This document shows, one piece after another, positions 10,876 to 21,605 of a stretch of DNA of 21,660 nt; positions within the stretch are counted from its first letter, which is position 1, and the number at the start of each line of letters is the position of its first letter. The notes beneath the pieces are model-generated. The model did no database searches. It saw nothing but the letters and a program-made list of their open reading frames with translations, and had not been told where the DNA came from. The stretch covers positions 1-21,660 of the forward strand of contig JAQGDQ010001900.1 in assembly GCA_030141605.1 (NCBI GenBank). Reading direction: 5' to 3'. The position numbers and the translations under genes are program-made. The DNA is from Tubiluchus corallicola (taxonomy: Eukaryota; Animalia; Priapulida).

Positions 10876-11677
10876 AAGGCGAAATTACAGAAACATTTTG
10901 GGTATTAGATGGCCAAAGAAAATTTCAAACAAAGATCTATATGAAAAAATAAAAGAAGAACCTTGGACAAGAAAAATAAAAAGATGGATGGGGCATGTGC
11001 TTAGACTACCTGATGATATTGCAGTGAATATAGCTCTTCAACAAGCCATAGAACCAGCTAAAAACCTGCAGGAGGACAAATGTTAACACATTTAGATTTT
11101 GCACAGAAAGATTTAAACACTTCAGCATTGATCCTTAGAAATAAATGTACTTGGGGCATTGCAGCGTGTAGGGTGTCCTGGCATAGAGAGGTGACTGACT
11201 TTTTGCTGTTTCGTTTGGTTATTTGCTTTCTTTATTTAGTTTTTTTGCAAAGGGGGTTGCTAGTTTGTTCATTGGCTTGTTTCATTTGCGATTCTTAATT
11301 TAAACTACTACAATAATGTGTGCTGCCACCTACATTTAAAATTATTATGGAACTGGAGTCGAAGTTTAATCCACGGTTAGAAAATATTAATGTACGAATA
11401 TTTGGGGCATTGCAGCGTGTAGGGAGTCCTGGCATAGGGAGGTGAGCAGAATCATGTCCCTGGACGAGTGATTCATTGAATGATGATGATCTGGCATGGG
11501 GAGGTGAGCAGAATCATGTCCCTGGACGAGTGATTCATTGAATGATGATGATCTGGCATGGGGAGGTGAGCAGAATCATGTCCCTGGCCGTGTGATTCAT
11601 TGGATGATGATCTGGCATGGGGAGGTGAGCAGAATCATGTCCCTGGACGAGTGATTCGTTGAAGAAGAAGAAGAAAA
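10876..11677 (+). mobile_element. 5'-truncated, degenerate RTE/RTEX-like LINE with internal duplication and four tandem 3' ends
   Basis: Peptide RNILGIRWPKKISNKDLY...WMGHVLRLPDD matches RTE-group C-termini. Ends in (GAA)n. Flanked by the 10-bp direct repeat gattattaca at 10866-10875 and 11678-11687. Confidence 0.85.
11429..11677 (+). repeat. Four tandem copies of the LINE 3' end (about 62 bp each)
   Basis: Unit ctggcatggggaggtgagcagaatcatgtccctggacgagtgattcattgaa plus (tga)n, starting at 11429, 11491, 11553 and 11612. Confidence 0.95.
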
Positions 11678-12336
11678 GATTATTACACGTTTACGGCTGA
11701 AACATTTGAAGACCTAAGAGCAGGGTGCATAAGAGTATGGATATGTATAAAATAAATAAAATAGCTTATTTTATGGATTTTTGAAATTTTATTTTATGGA
11801 TATCAATAAAATAAGAAATAGACTATATCTGGAACGAGATGCCCAGGGGGAAATCAATTAAAAAGTAAAAACAGGAGTGCTTGAAACGTGTCTTTAAACA
11901 CGCTGGACTTAGTTTTAATTTTATCGATTTCGTTTTAATTTTATCGGTTTCATATCACTTCAAATTTAATCAAATTTTACGAGACAATGCCTTGTAATTC
12001 ATCACTTCAGTTCAAAATAATTCATCTATTTGGTACGAATGTAGAATGCCCTCTAGGCTGAAGTTTCCGATCCAATGCCTGTATTCAGTTTTGATTGCCT
12101 TATTTTGTACAAAAAATCACAAAAAAAAATATTTTTTTATTTTATGCATTTCTTATTTTATGGTGTTTTCAAATTTTATTTTATGGATTTTTGGTCTTAT
12201 TTTATGGATATCTATAATCTTATGCAGCCTGCCTAAGAGCGATAATAAAAAAGTAAACAATAACTTGGTATTGCATGTTGTGAAAATGGGTGAAGGTGGT
12301 ACGTTTTGTTTACTTCGTTTGTTTTTCACGATTGCT

Positions 12337-12627
12337 TCCAGCATCATCAGCATCGTGGTCCCTCTATCTTATAAATAGTTAGTTTTTATGCACAACTTGT
12401 ATACGATACAGTGCAACTAACTTAACGTACTGTAGCTTATACTATATACTGCAGTTTTTTTTGGAAATACTGCAGCTTGAAGGATATGTAACAATTAATA
12501 GAATATATTACAGTTTGTATGATATATTGCAGTTTCTAAAAATACATCGTCTTATAGGGGATACGTTAACAATTAATAGAATATAGTGCAGCTTGTATGA
12601 TATATTGTAGTTTGTTGAAGGATTGCA
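12337..12627 (+). repeat. Dispersed repeat, copy 2 (copy 1 at 5849-6130)
   Basis: Same sequence and orientation as 5849-6130, with few differences. Confidence 0.92.
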
Positions 12628-13318
12628 AATTTATTTGATGGAGAATTAATGTCAATTGGAAATTTCATTTACGACTGTATGCATAGATTTGTGAATTAAA
12701 TAGTATAGCTTTGTTACCGGACACATAACCGCATCATTGTGATTATCATATATGTAAAATATTTGTTTGTTACATGTGTACAAATGCTTACTAAATGTTT
12801 TTTTCGCTTCATGGAGTTTACAACTAAATCTGTATATCTGTGTGTATACCTTGTGCAGCTATGTTAAGTCAAATTGTTAGTATGATCTGGAAATCATTAC
12901 CTGAGCTGTGCCCGCTGATAAAACCATCGGGTATGCATCGAGTTTGTAATTTTCGTGTTGGAAATTTGATTTTCAGATTAAGACAAATGAGGTTTTAATT
13001 AATTACATAAGTACAGTATAAAAAATTATACTGGAGGCGAATCTTTAGACTGAACTGATCACTGCCGTTACCGTAGCCGTATTTGCAGCACTTGGAGGTG
13101 GGTCTTTAGGCCAAACTGATAAATCCTCATCAGCCATATATACTGCAAGTAACTTATAAGAAGAACAGAAGGACAAACAACGCTATTGCACATAAGATGA
13201 GGAATGGATTGTGAATAAGAGGTACCTAGGCAATTTCAAAATATAATCCGAAAACCTGCATAAATCAGGGACGAATCACCTACTAAAAACTGACTTGAAT
13301 TGACCTTACTGCAAATCT

Positions 13319-13906
13319 TTAAAGGAAGAACCAGCCTCGAACAACATTTATTGCATTTTAATGTATAATTAAAAATATTGAAATCACAATACAACATATG
13401 CGCATAGAATGTTTTGCTTAGAAATCTAAATGAAATTTAAATATGTTTTATCTCCTGCCATACGAACGATGCTGCCGCCATATTTGAAAAAAGTGACGTA
13501 ATCTGGTGTCTGCTGGGCAGCGTGAATGCCGTGAAAGCAAGCTGTGGGAAATTTCTACAGTTTGCTTAGAAGTTTTGTTATTCTAATATTAAAAATATAA
13601 ATTTTTAAAATATATAAAAATTAGTCATTCAATCAATTATGATCAAATTCAAAGTGGTTACTTTGCTTTAATCTACAGGATTACATTTTAAAATCTGAAA
13701 GTAATTAATATTAATTGTGTAAATAATTAATTTAAAAATTTTTGTTGACTTTTAGATACGCATGTAAACTTGCCAGCATATAGTAAGTAGCGAGTGGGTT
13801 ACTTAGTTCATGCTTAGTTCGCTGTATAAGTTAAAAAAAGATTCTGAAGCACCTGGCTGGATAAGTGTTTATACTGCACGAATCCCGGATGACGTCATTT
13901 TTTGTC
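13319..13906 (+). mobile_element. About 590 bp repeat starting TTAA-AGG, Kolobok/T2-MITE-like left arm, copy 1
   Basis: Similarity to 14091-14679 begins exactly at ttaaaggaagaac. No right TIR was found. Confidence 0.65.
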
Positions 13907-14090
13907 ATTTTTTTCTAGTGTACGATTCTGTGAGGTGGGGCACGATGACCTGCACGTGACCTTTACTGCCCAGGGTCTCCGAGTCTATTAATGGACGCAG
14001 GTTCGTAATACAGCGACTGTAATTTAACAAAAATATCTTCTGTCCATTATACAAATTAGAGATCAGCTTATTTGAGATACAAAGTCACAG

Positions 14091-14679
14091 TTAAAGGAAG
14101 AACTAACCCTCGAACAACATTTATTGCATTTTAATGCAGAATTAAAAATATTCAAATTACAATACAAAATATGCGCATAGAATCCTTTGCTTAAAAATGT
14201 AAAAGAAATTTAAATATTTCTCATCTCCCGCCAAACGAACGTTGATGCCGGCATATTTAATAAAAAATGATGTAAGCTGGTGTCTGCTGAGCAGCGTGAA
14301 TACCGTGAAAGCAAGCTGTGTGAAGGTACGCGTTGAGAAATTTCTGCAGTTTGATTAAAAGGTCCGTTATTCTAATGTTGTATTTATCCAAAAATTAGTC
14401 ATTCAATCAATTATGATCAAATCTAAATGATTACATTGCTTTAATCTATAGGATTACACCTTAAAATATGTAAGTAATTACCATTAAATGTGTAAATAAT
14501 TAATTTACAGATTTTTCTTGACTTTTAGATACGCATGTAAACTTGCCAGCATGTATTAGGTACCGGGCGGGTTACTTAGTTCATACTTAGTTCGCTCTAT
14601 AAGTTAAAAAAAGATTCTGAAGCACCTGGCGGGATAAATGTTTATTTTACACGGAAACCAGATGACGTCATTTTTCGTC
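14091..14679 (+). mobile_element. About 590 bp repeat starting TTAA-AGG, Kolobok/T2-MITE-like left arm, copy 2
   Basis: Diverged direct copy of 13319-13906; similarity ends just after gatgacgtcattttt. Confidence 0.65.
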
Positions 14680-15333
14680 TAAAATGAGCGCGTACAAGCG
14701 TAAAGTAACCACGACTTTAAATTGATTTTACTAATTACACGAGATGCTTATCACAATTGCTGAAACTTTCTAACATTTTAAGATAAGTTCAGCTTGCCGA
14801 GAGACATGGCTTTTACTTTCAATTTAGACCAACTGACAGGTAGTTTGGAGAAACAGAAACACGTATATATTACAGTATAAATTTTATATGAATTCTGAAC
14901 TATGTTTTCCATTACTAAATACCGGTAATGCTAACGAGGTTGAAACCGTGTCAGTATTTTAGGATGTCAAATCAGACGTGATCCTGCAAGCTAAAATAAT
15001 GCATCTATAATGTAAATATTTACCAACTTTTAGCCTTATTTTCGTTGAAGTTTTCACAAATGCAAATTACTAAGTACCGCTGATGCCTACAGGGTTGTAA
15101 TAGTGTCAGTATTTTATCAGGTCAAATTATACGTGTTCATACAAGTCAATATTCAGTATGATATATACTAGTGTTTAGTACACAGTAAACTATAGTATGG
15201 TATAGAAAATTTTTACAACCTTTAGGATCTTATTTTCGTTGGACCTACAGAAAAACGTATCGCAAATTATGTATGATGCAAATTAAGCATAAAACAATGT
15301 AAGTGCAATAAAATTTTACTACAAAAAATGCAG

Positions 15334-15519
15334 TATATATATATATATATATAGGCACCATCTCAAGGAAAGAATATATATATATTCTTATATATATATA
15401 TAGGCACCCTCTCAAGGGAAGAATATATGTATATATATATATATATATATAGGCATCATCTCAAGGCAAGAGTATATATTATATATATATATATATATAT
15501 AGGCACCATCTCAAGCAAA

Positions 15520-15556
<37 letters not shown>

Positions 15557-15604
15557 CACCATCTCAAGGAAAGAATATATATATATTCTTATGTATATAT
15601 AGGC
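15334..15604. repeat. Compound micro/minisatellite: five copies of ggcaccatctcaaggaaaga separated by (TA)n
   Basis: Directly visible; the TA tracts vary in length. Confidence 0.95.
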
Positions 15605-16480
15605 TTTAGGTAGATTCTATTCAGCTTTAAATTTCGAAAGCTGAAAACAAACTTATTAATACACAGAACCGTAACGCAGTCAACACAGAGTTATCTTGAA
15701 CAATTTTGAGTTATCTTGAACAATTTTGAAGCAAACAAATCAGAGTTCTGCCATAATAAAGAAAATTTAACTGCGTGTTCTTTAAGCTCTTTCGGCACCA
15801 CATTTGTGGGGGAGTTGCTGTAGTCATAATGCATGAAGTTTGTAAAAAATTGCTTACTATTAGATTTGAACAAGTTTCCTTTAAACAAAACCGGAGCAAA
15901 TCTTAAACTGTAAGTCAGAACAATCTACTCTCTAAAATATTGAAAGGAAACGTGCTATTTTTTTGAAAAATGACTTACGTGAAAGAATTATTATCACACA
16001 AACAAAATTTCACGTTCGTGTCGCCAGTTCTTTACTGTTACATGCGCTTCGCCATTCGCTAGTTATGCGGGCACTAGCGCCTGCATTTTGGAAACGCATT
16101 GTACAAAAAACACGTACTGTACCTCTCAGTTCAGATGTGTTTGTTGTGACAGTAGCACTGTATGGTCCATTCGCTTATGGAATATTCGTGCTCGTGGAAT
16201 ATTTTTCCGGGATTAAAATTAGGGAAGTATATGAAAATCATCGTGCCTTCTTTTAATAGTAAGATGATCAAAAATTAGCAAGGTGGAAGAGCAACAGTTG
16301 AAAAGCTCGCCTCACAAACCGAGGTACGTTGCCCATGTAGGAGAAATAAAGATTTTAACTGCATTATATTCATGATTCTTTTCCGTCCCAAGCAGGTCTG
16401 CATGTAAATTGCACTGTAAGAAATACATGACTATCACATGGCCTTATATTTCAACAATAAACAACAATAAACTCTGAAAA

Positions 16481-16849
16481 ATGGATGTGGCAGAGATGAG
16501 GATGTTGAGATGGATGGTGGGAGTAACAAGAAGGGATAAAATCAGGAATAGTAATATTAGAGGAACAGTGAAAGTAGTGGAAGCCTCGAAAAAGAAACAA
16601 GAGGCAAGATTGCGATGGTATGGGCACCTGAGAAGGAGAGTCGGGGAAGATCACGTGGGAAGGGAGGCCACGGAAATGGAAGTGCTGGGAAATAGAAGAA
16701 GAGGACGACCCAAGATGAGATGGTTTGAATGTATTAACGGAGACCTTAGAGAGAAGAACATAAATGAAGAGATGGTCAACAACAGGAATGCATGGAGAAG
16801 ACTTATTCACAACGGCGACCCCGAATAGGGAAAAGCTGAGAAGAAGAAG
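16481..16849 (+). mobile_element. 5'-truncated RTE-clade non-LTR retrotransposon (C-terminal ORF fragment and (GAA)n tail)
   Basis: Peptide AEMRMLRW...RLRWYGHL.RR...RRRGRPKMRW...R..WRRL is the typical RTE post-RT C-terminus. Short 3' UTR, gaagaagaaga tail, and 12-bp TSD aaactctgaaaa at 16469-16480 and 16850-16861. Confidence 0.93.
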
Positions 16850-17663
16850 AAACTCTGAAAACTGAACAATAAGAAATAAAAAGGTGAGAAAATAAATTTA
16901 CATTTAACAAATACTTATTACTACTGCTACTGTTGATGCTACTGGCTGTATTCGTTTGCAATTACTTTTAGCAGATAATGAAAAAGAGAAAACTGCTCAA
17001 AAGGTGGACTAGTTTGTACGATTGACAGTAGTAGTAGTAATAGTAAAATCTTTACTTGCCATTTTAAAACATTGACCATCATATTAAAAGACAGACAATC
17101 AGTGTTAGTTCATATAAAAACATACACTGTTCTGGGCAAATGCGTCTGGTGCAAGCTAAACTATAAGTGCAACTAGAATTTCAAAAAATAAAATATAAAC
17201 TAGTTTAGTAAGGTCTAGGAAAAACGAAATTATGTTTTGACAGATGATTAATTTTGTACGTTGAACACAAGTACATTTGTAGTATACACACGTAAAACAG
17301 AATGGGCCGGCTCCACAATTCGTGTTTCGGTTAGAAACTGTCTTATGTCCAGGTAAACATCCCCAAGCACAGGAACTAAAACAATACAGATTCTACTAAC
17401 TGCTAATTGTGTTGCGCAATTAAGAACGCAATTAGTAATGAGTAATTAAGCCTAGTTCGCCACGTGTCGCAAAAATTTTGTTCGCCAATGTCTATGTCGA
17501 TGTTTGTCTCTGAACTGAATAGGACAATCTTTCGGGTCACTAACCCAGAAATTGCCTATTTAAGTGCTGCTATGAAACGAAAAGTTCACGTACGTGATCT
17601 GAGCCTCACAGCAATTAACAACAGTTGTTTTAATTATTGTTATTATAGTGACTACAGAGTGCA

Positions 17664-17696
17664 ATGGAAAACGGTTTGGTAATGACAGCGATATTA
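17664..17696 (+). CDS. Pentraxin/LamG-like secreted protein, coding exon 1 (MENGLVMTAIL)
   Basis: ATG at 17664, 11 codons, then a GTAAGT donor at 17697 (phase 0). Joins exon 2 in frame to form a continuous hydrophobic signal peptide. A possible acceptor (ttattatag, ending 17648) suggests an upstream UTR exon. Confidence 0.75.
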
Positions 17697-18269
17697 GTAA
17701 GTATAATTTACAATCTATTTTAAGTAAAAATACTACATTAATGAAAAATTTTATGTAAGAAACGCTTGTTTTGCATCTTGCATTGTGAATTTGTCATTTC
17801 TTACAATTTAATCGCTCATGCAATCATGTATTTCATTCAACGTGCACTTGCTCTTTCGTCTTTTGATGTCTTTTTCCCTTTTTCTCCTCTCTTCTCTTAA
17901 TTTTTTGTTATTTTAACCTGTTCATTTCTATATTTTTACTACTATAATTTATGCCTAATTTATCAATCATTTTAAAGTCAATTTATGTATGAATAATTCT
18001 CACAATAATATAATATATACTTGGCAAATTTCGTCAGTGTGACTGTACGATTCGTTTTTAATTTAAAAACTTCGTAAGTCTCATTACTTCTGTTCATAAA
18101 TGTATTGCAAATAAATAAATAAAAATAAAATAAAATAGATATCTTTACGCTTATTTGTTGAAGTAATCAAATTCTCGTAACTACATTTTGTAAAATGTGT
18201 AGTTGTACTTATAATATCATAATCATAATTATTAATTTTGGCTTCCTGCTAAATCGTTAATCTTTTCAG

Positions 18270-18396
18270 GTTTTGACAGTTTTCCTGACGGTATTAAACA
18301 CAGGAACTAGTGGCCAATACAACGGTCTAAAAGATGTTGGGAAGCTTCCCCAACTTGCTTCGGAGGTTAGGGAAGCTCAAGAGGCTTTAGAAAACG
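18270..18396 (+). CDS. Pentraxin/LamG-like secreted protein, coding exon 2 (VLTVFLTVLNTGTSGQYNGLKDVGKLPQLASEVREAQEALEN)
   Basis: Acceptor tcttttcag, 127-nt open frame (phase 0 to 1), donor GTAAGG at 18397. Completes the signal peptide, with predicted cleavage at TSG|Q. Confidence 0.85.
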
Positions 18397-19288
18397 GTAA
18401 GGAAAATATGCCTTAATGAGAAAGACCCTAGTTGATGACAATTACCTTTCTTTTTGCTTCTTCTAAACATTGATATAACAACGTACGTCAAGAATTCTCG
18501 TTGACTGCCCAATCAGCTTGCAAAATTTTCCCCCTCCCTCAGAGCTTAATTAACGCCAGCGCTTTAGGGACATTTAGCTGCAGCTGCGTATTGCCGGGCA
18601 TCTAATACTGTTATGAAAAATGCTCAATGTCTCTCTTGAAGAATTTTCAAAACTCCTATAAAGGCACGTCGTATCTAGTGGCTTCCAAACAGTTGATAAC
18701 AATTTACTGATTTAAAGTTATTTAATGCAAGTCTGACAATCTTGATTCCAGTTCAAATTTATTTTACGAATGTTGTTTTTCTGAACATTTGAATGTTCTC
18801 GTGTTCATCTGGTTGTCTGTTTTGAACCGTGTATTATCTTAAATGCTTGAATTTATTTTTCTTTAGAAGTGACTGGTTTTTGAATTTTTTCTGTAATTTT
18901 ATTTTTTGTATATACGGATGTTTATGTATTTTTCATAGTTGTCTTTTCTCTGTCATTAGCGTCATGTTGCTTACATGCCTTTCTGAGAAGGCTGGTTGAC
19001 TCGCCAGCCTTTAGTTTTTCACCACCATTTCTGACATATCCATTTGTATTTTTGCATATTTTATCGTTAAATGTAAATTTATGGACAAAAATTAATTACT
19101 AATCTAATCTAATTTAATACAAGGTCAGATAAAGCCACGTTCACATGCACACCAGAGAGGTCCACCGGTTTCCCTTGCCAGCCTTAAATTTGTGTTTTTT
19201 TAATTTCAACTTTTGTCTAATTTTAACATGAGCCTGTTCCAGTCCTGAGTACAATATTCCATTTAAATTTTTAAATATTCGTCTAATA

Positions 19289-19683
19289 CAGCGGTGTGCA
19301 AACTGCGACCCGCGGGCCACTTGCGGCCCGCCGAGAGATCTTGTGCGGCCCCCGCGATCTAGCTGAAGTCTGCGCCAATATCGCAAAGATAGTGCGGGTA
19401 GCTTTTTCCTCTAGATCAGATGGCATTAACACGTACAAGACCGTTGTCACTTAATGTCACTGTCGGACATGACGAAATATTTGGTTTTTAATATAAATTT
19501 TAATAATTTCTAAAATAGTTTTTTGAGTTTAGTATGCAGTAGTAATGATGTGACAGATCAGATGCAGAAAAATCGTTATTAGGTCCTACTGTACTTGGCT
19601 CCTTCACCAAACTGCATGCAGCCCACAGGAATTGCGAGAAAGTTTAATGTGGCCCGGCTAGTCAGATAATTTGCACACCTCTG
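19289..19683. mobile_element. Non-autonomous hAT transposon (MITE), Buster/Charlie type, 395 bp
   Basis: TIRs cagcggtgtgcaaa / tttgcacacctctg (13/14 match). Perfect 8-bp TSD GTCTAATA at 19281-19288 and 19684-19691 with central TA. GC-rich subterminal gcggccc motifs. Confidence 0.95.
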
Positions 19684-19688
19684 GTCTA

Positions 19689-19755
19689 ATATATATATAT
19701 TATATATATATATTATATATATATTATTATATTATATATATATATATATATATAT
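19689..19755. repeat. Imperfect (TA)n microsatellite
   Basis: Directly visible; it abuts the right TSD of the hAT MITE. Confidence 0.95.
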
Positions 19756-19938
19756 GACAAATAATCTACATTGATCCTAAGGTGTAAACATTATATAGCT
19801 ATGTCTAAATATGCATTAATAAGCACAATGTGATTAAATAATACTGTAAAATATAAAATATAATTAAAATATTAATACTAACACTATCAAGATGATTATT
19901 TTATTAAATAATAAATTAAAATTTCATCCCCCCCCCAG

Positions 19939-20111
19939 ATTGTCCCATATTTATTCAACGATATCTTTTTACAGAGCTCGTACCTTGTGAGACCTTAGGA
20001 GGTTTTGACCTCAGGTGGTCAGGGATACCCGATGATGAACTTGCGTTTCTCACCAATGCATATTTCCTTTCGAAAATGCAGGATCCGGTTACGGAGTTTA
20101 CCTGGTGTATG
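19939..20111 (+). CDS. Pentraxin/LamG-like secreted protein, coding exon 3 (DCPIF...TNAYFLSKMQDPVTEFTWCM)
   Basis: Acceptor ccccccag, 173-nt open frame (phase 1 to 0), donor GTGAGT at 20112. A second in-frame acceptor (tttttacag) would start the exon at 19975. Confidence 0.85.
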
Positions 20112-20443
20112 GTGAGTATGAACAGCCAACGATGTTTTAATTCTTTGTGGATCTAATTTCTCGGGTTGGAAATGCGTTAGACGTTTTTTAACAAATACAG
20201 ACATACAGACAACAGGGATTTATTAATAAAAGATAGTTTATCCATGTACCCTAATAAGCCGTCTCTTAATGTACAAAGCAGTTCAATTCCTTTAACTTTA
20301 TTCTCAAACTCTTAGCTATTTGTTACTGTATCAATTGTTTTCTTCAAGTCTGCTTATTCATTACCTATTTGGTTTTTGTAAATACGTAATTAATGGCATA
20401 AAAGGTTCTGCCTGTATAAACTGTTTGTATGTTTGTAAATTTA

Positions 20444-20482
20444 CCACTGATGATGACAGCAGCAGCCTGTCGAAACGTTTGG
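20444..20482 (+). ncRNA. Minimal type I hammerhead ribozyme of the Penelope-like retroelement type
   Basis: cca-CTGATGA-t-gacag-cagcagc-ctgtc-GAAA-cgtt-tgg. The core is intact, with an extra U after A9, a 5-bp stem II, a loopless palindromic ACGT stem III, a GUU cleavage triplet and a cca/tgg stem I. Two AATAAA motifs follow within about 65 nt. Confidence 0.8.
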
Positions 20483-20981
20483 CATGATTTAAACTTTATA
20501 ATGTAAAAGTTTTAATAAAGTTGCGTAACTTTTAACTGTAAATGTTTTTAATTGTCTGTAATAAAAATACAGAATCAGTTTAATCAAGCATAAGATTTGA
20601 AATCAGAAAAAAATCCGATCCGCGATCCATATATCGACCAAGAACAAATTATCATCAACTGCTGTTAGCATTTTTACAAGAGTGCTATACTCCTCAGAAC
20701 AGAAAAAATAACCATTACAATAAGATCTCTATTTATTTTACTAAAATATTAACCATAAGTTTTAAACATTTTTGAAATTTTAGTCATAAACTGTCATAAT
20801 TGTCTTATTAAATGTCTTATTGAGAGGGTGGCTGACCTTGATAACTTATAGTTCTTTTACCAAACTTTCACCACTAATCAGTAATCACTTTTGCACTTTG
20901 TAATATTATTGTATGTTGTACAGGTTTATAAATCACTTAGTAACGTATTTTGTTATTTCAAGAATTGTGATAAACTAATAA

Positions 20982-21174
<193 letters not shown>

Positions 21175-21471
21175 AACATCATCACGTTGCCCACCGGGTG
21201 ACCCCTATAAGCTGCAGCTTCCCTGGTCTCCCTAAAACATACATGATCTAATGTTATTCTTTATGTTAATAAGTTGACAAACCGACCATTATTGCCTACA
21301 TCTATTTTACGTACAGTCATGCGAAATCTATTCCTAACCTGTAATTCAAATAAATTTAATTTTAAATTGAAATTGAAAATTTATTTCATACTTTTAATCA
21401 ACAAATAAATGAATATAACTTTTTGTATGTGTACCGAATCGGAAATAATATATGTTTTTTGTTTATCGTAG

Positions 21472-21605
21472 TGGTTAAAGCCTTATCCTACTATCCTAGT
21501 TGATGAACCAACTGGCCTGGTCATGGTTGCTTACACAATTACCAACGACGTTGAACTTTTTCTCGTAAACGGTGCTTTACTGATCGAAGTAGCTGGAACT
21601 GAACT
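21472..21605 (+). CDS. Pentraxin/LamG-like secreted protein, coding exon 4 (WLKPYPTILVDEPTGLVMVAYTITNDVELFLVNGALLIEVAGTEL); gene continues beyond the window
   Basis: Acceptor tttatcgtag, 134-nt open frame (phase 0 to 2), donor GTAAGT at 21606. The exon 3/4 junction creates EFTWCMWLK, matching the pentraxin F-T-x-C-x-W-L-[KR] strand motif. Confidence 0.85.

Noticed and set aside
12315-12360. Minus-strand CTGATGA...GAAA (similar cores near 5800, 5857 and 13128)
   Set aside because: None has a correctly placed stem II together with a stem III and cleavage triplet.
12046-12378. 110-aa hydrophobic ORF resembling a membrane protein
   Set aside because: The hydrophobicity comes from T-rich low-complexity repeats, and its end runs into a dispersed repeat.
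15334-15604. CRISPR-like repeat/spacer look (also considered for 2040-2586 and 11429-11677)
   Set aside because: The spacers are (TA)n or absent rather than unique, there are no cas genes, and the DNA is eukaryotic.
15865-15885. aagtttcctttaa as the right TIR of the Kolobok-like arms
   Set aside because: It matches only about five bases beyond TTAA, and similar words occur elsewhere (for example near 20290).
16451-16810. 119-aa minus-strand ORF
   Set aside because: It is the antisense shadow of the RTE coding fragment.
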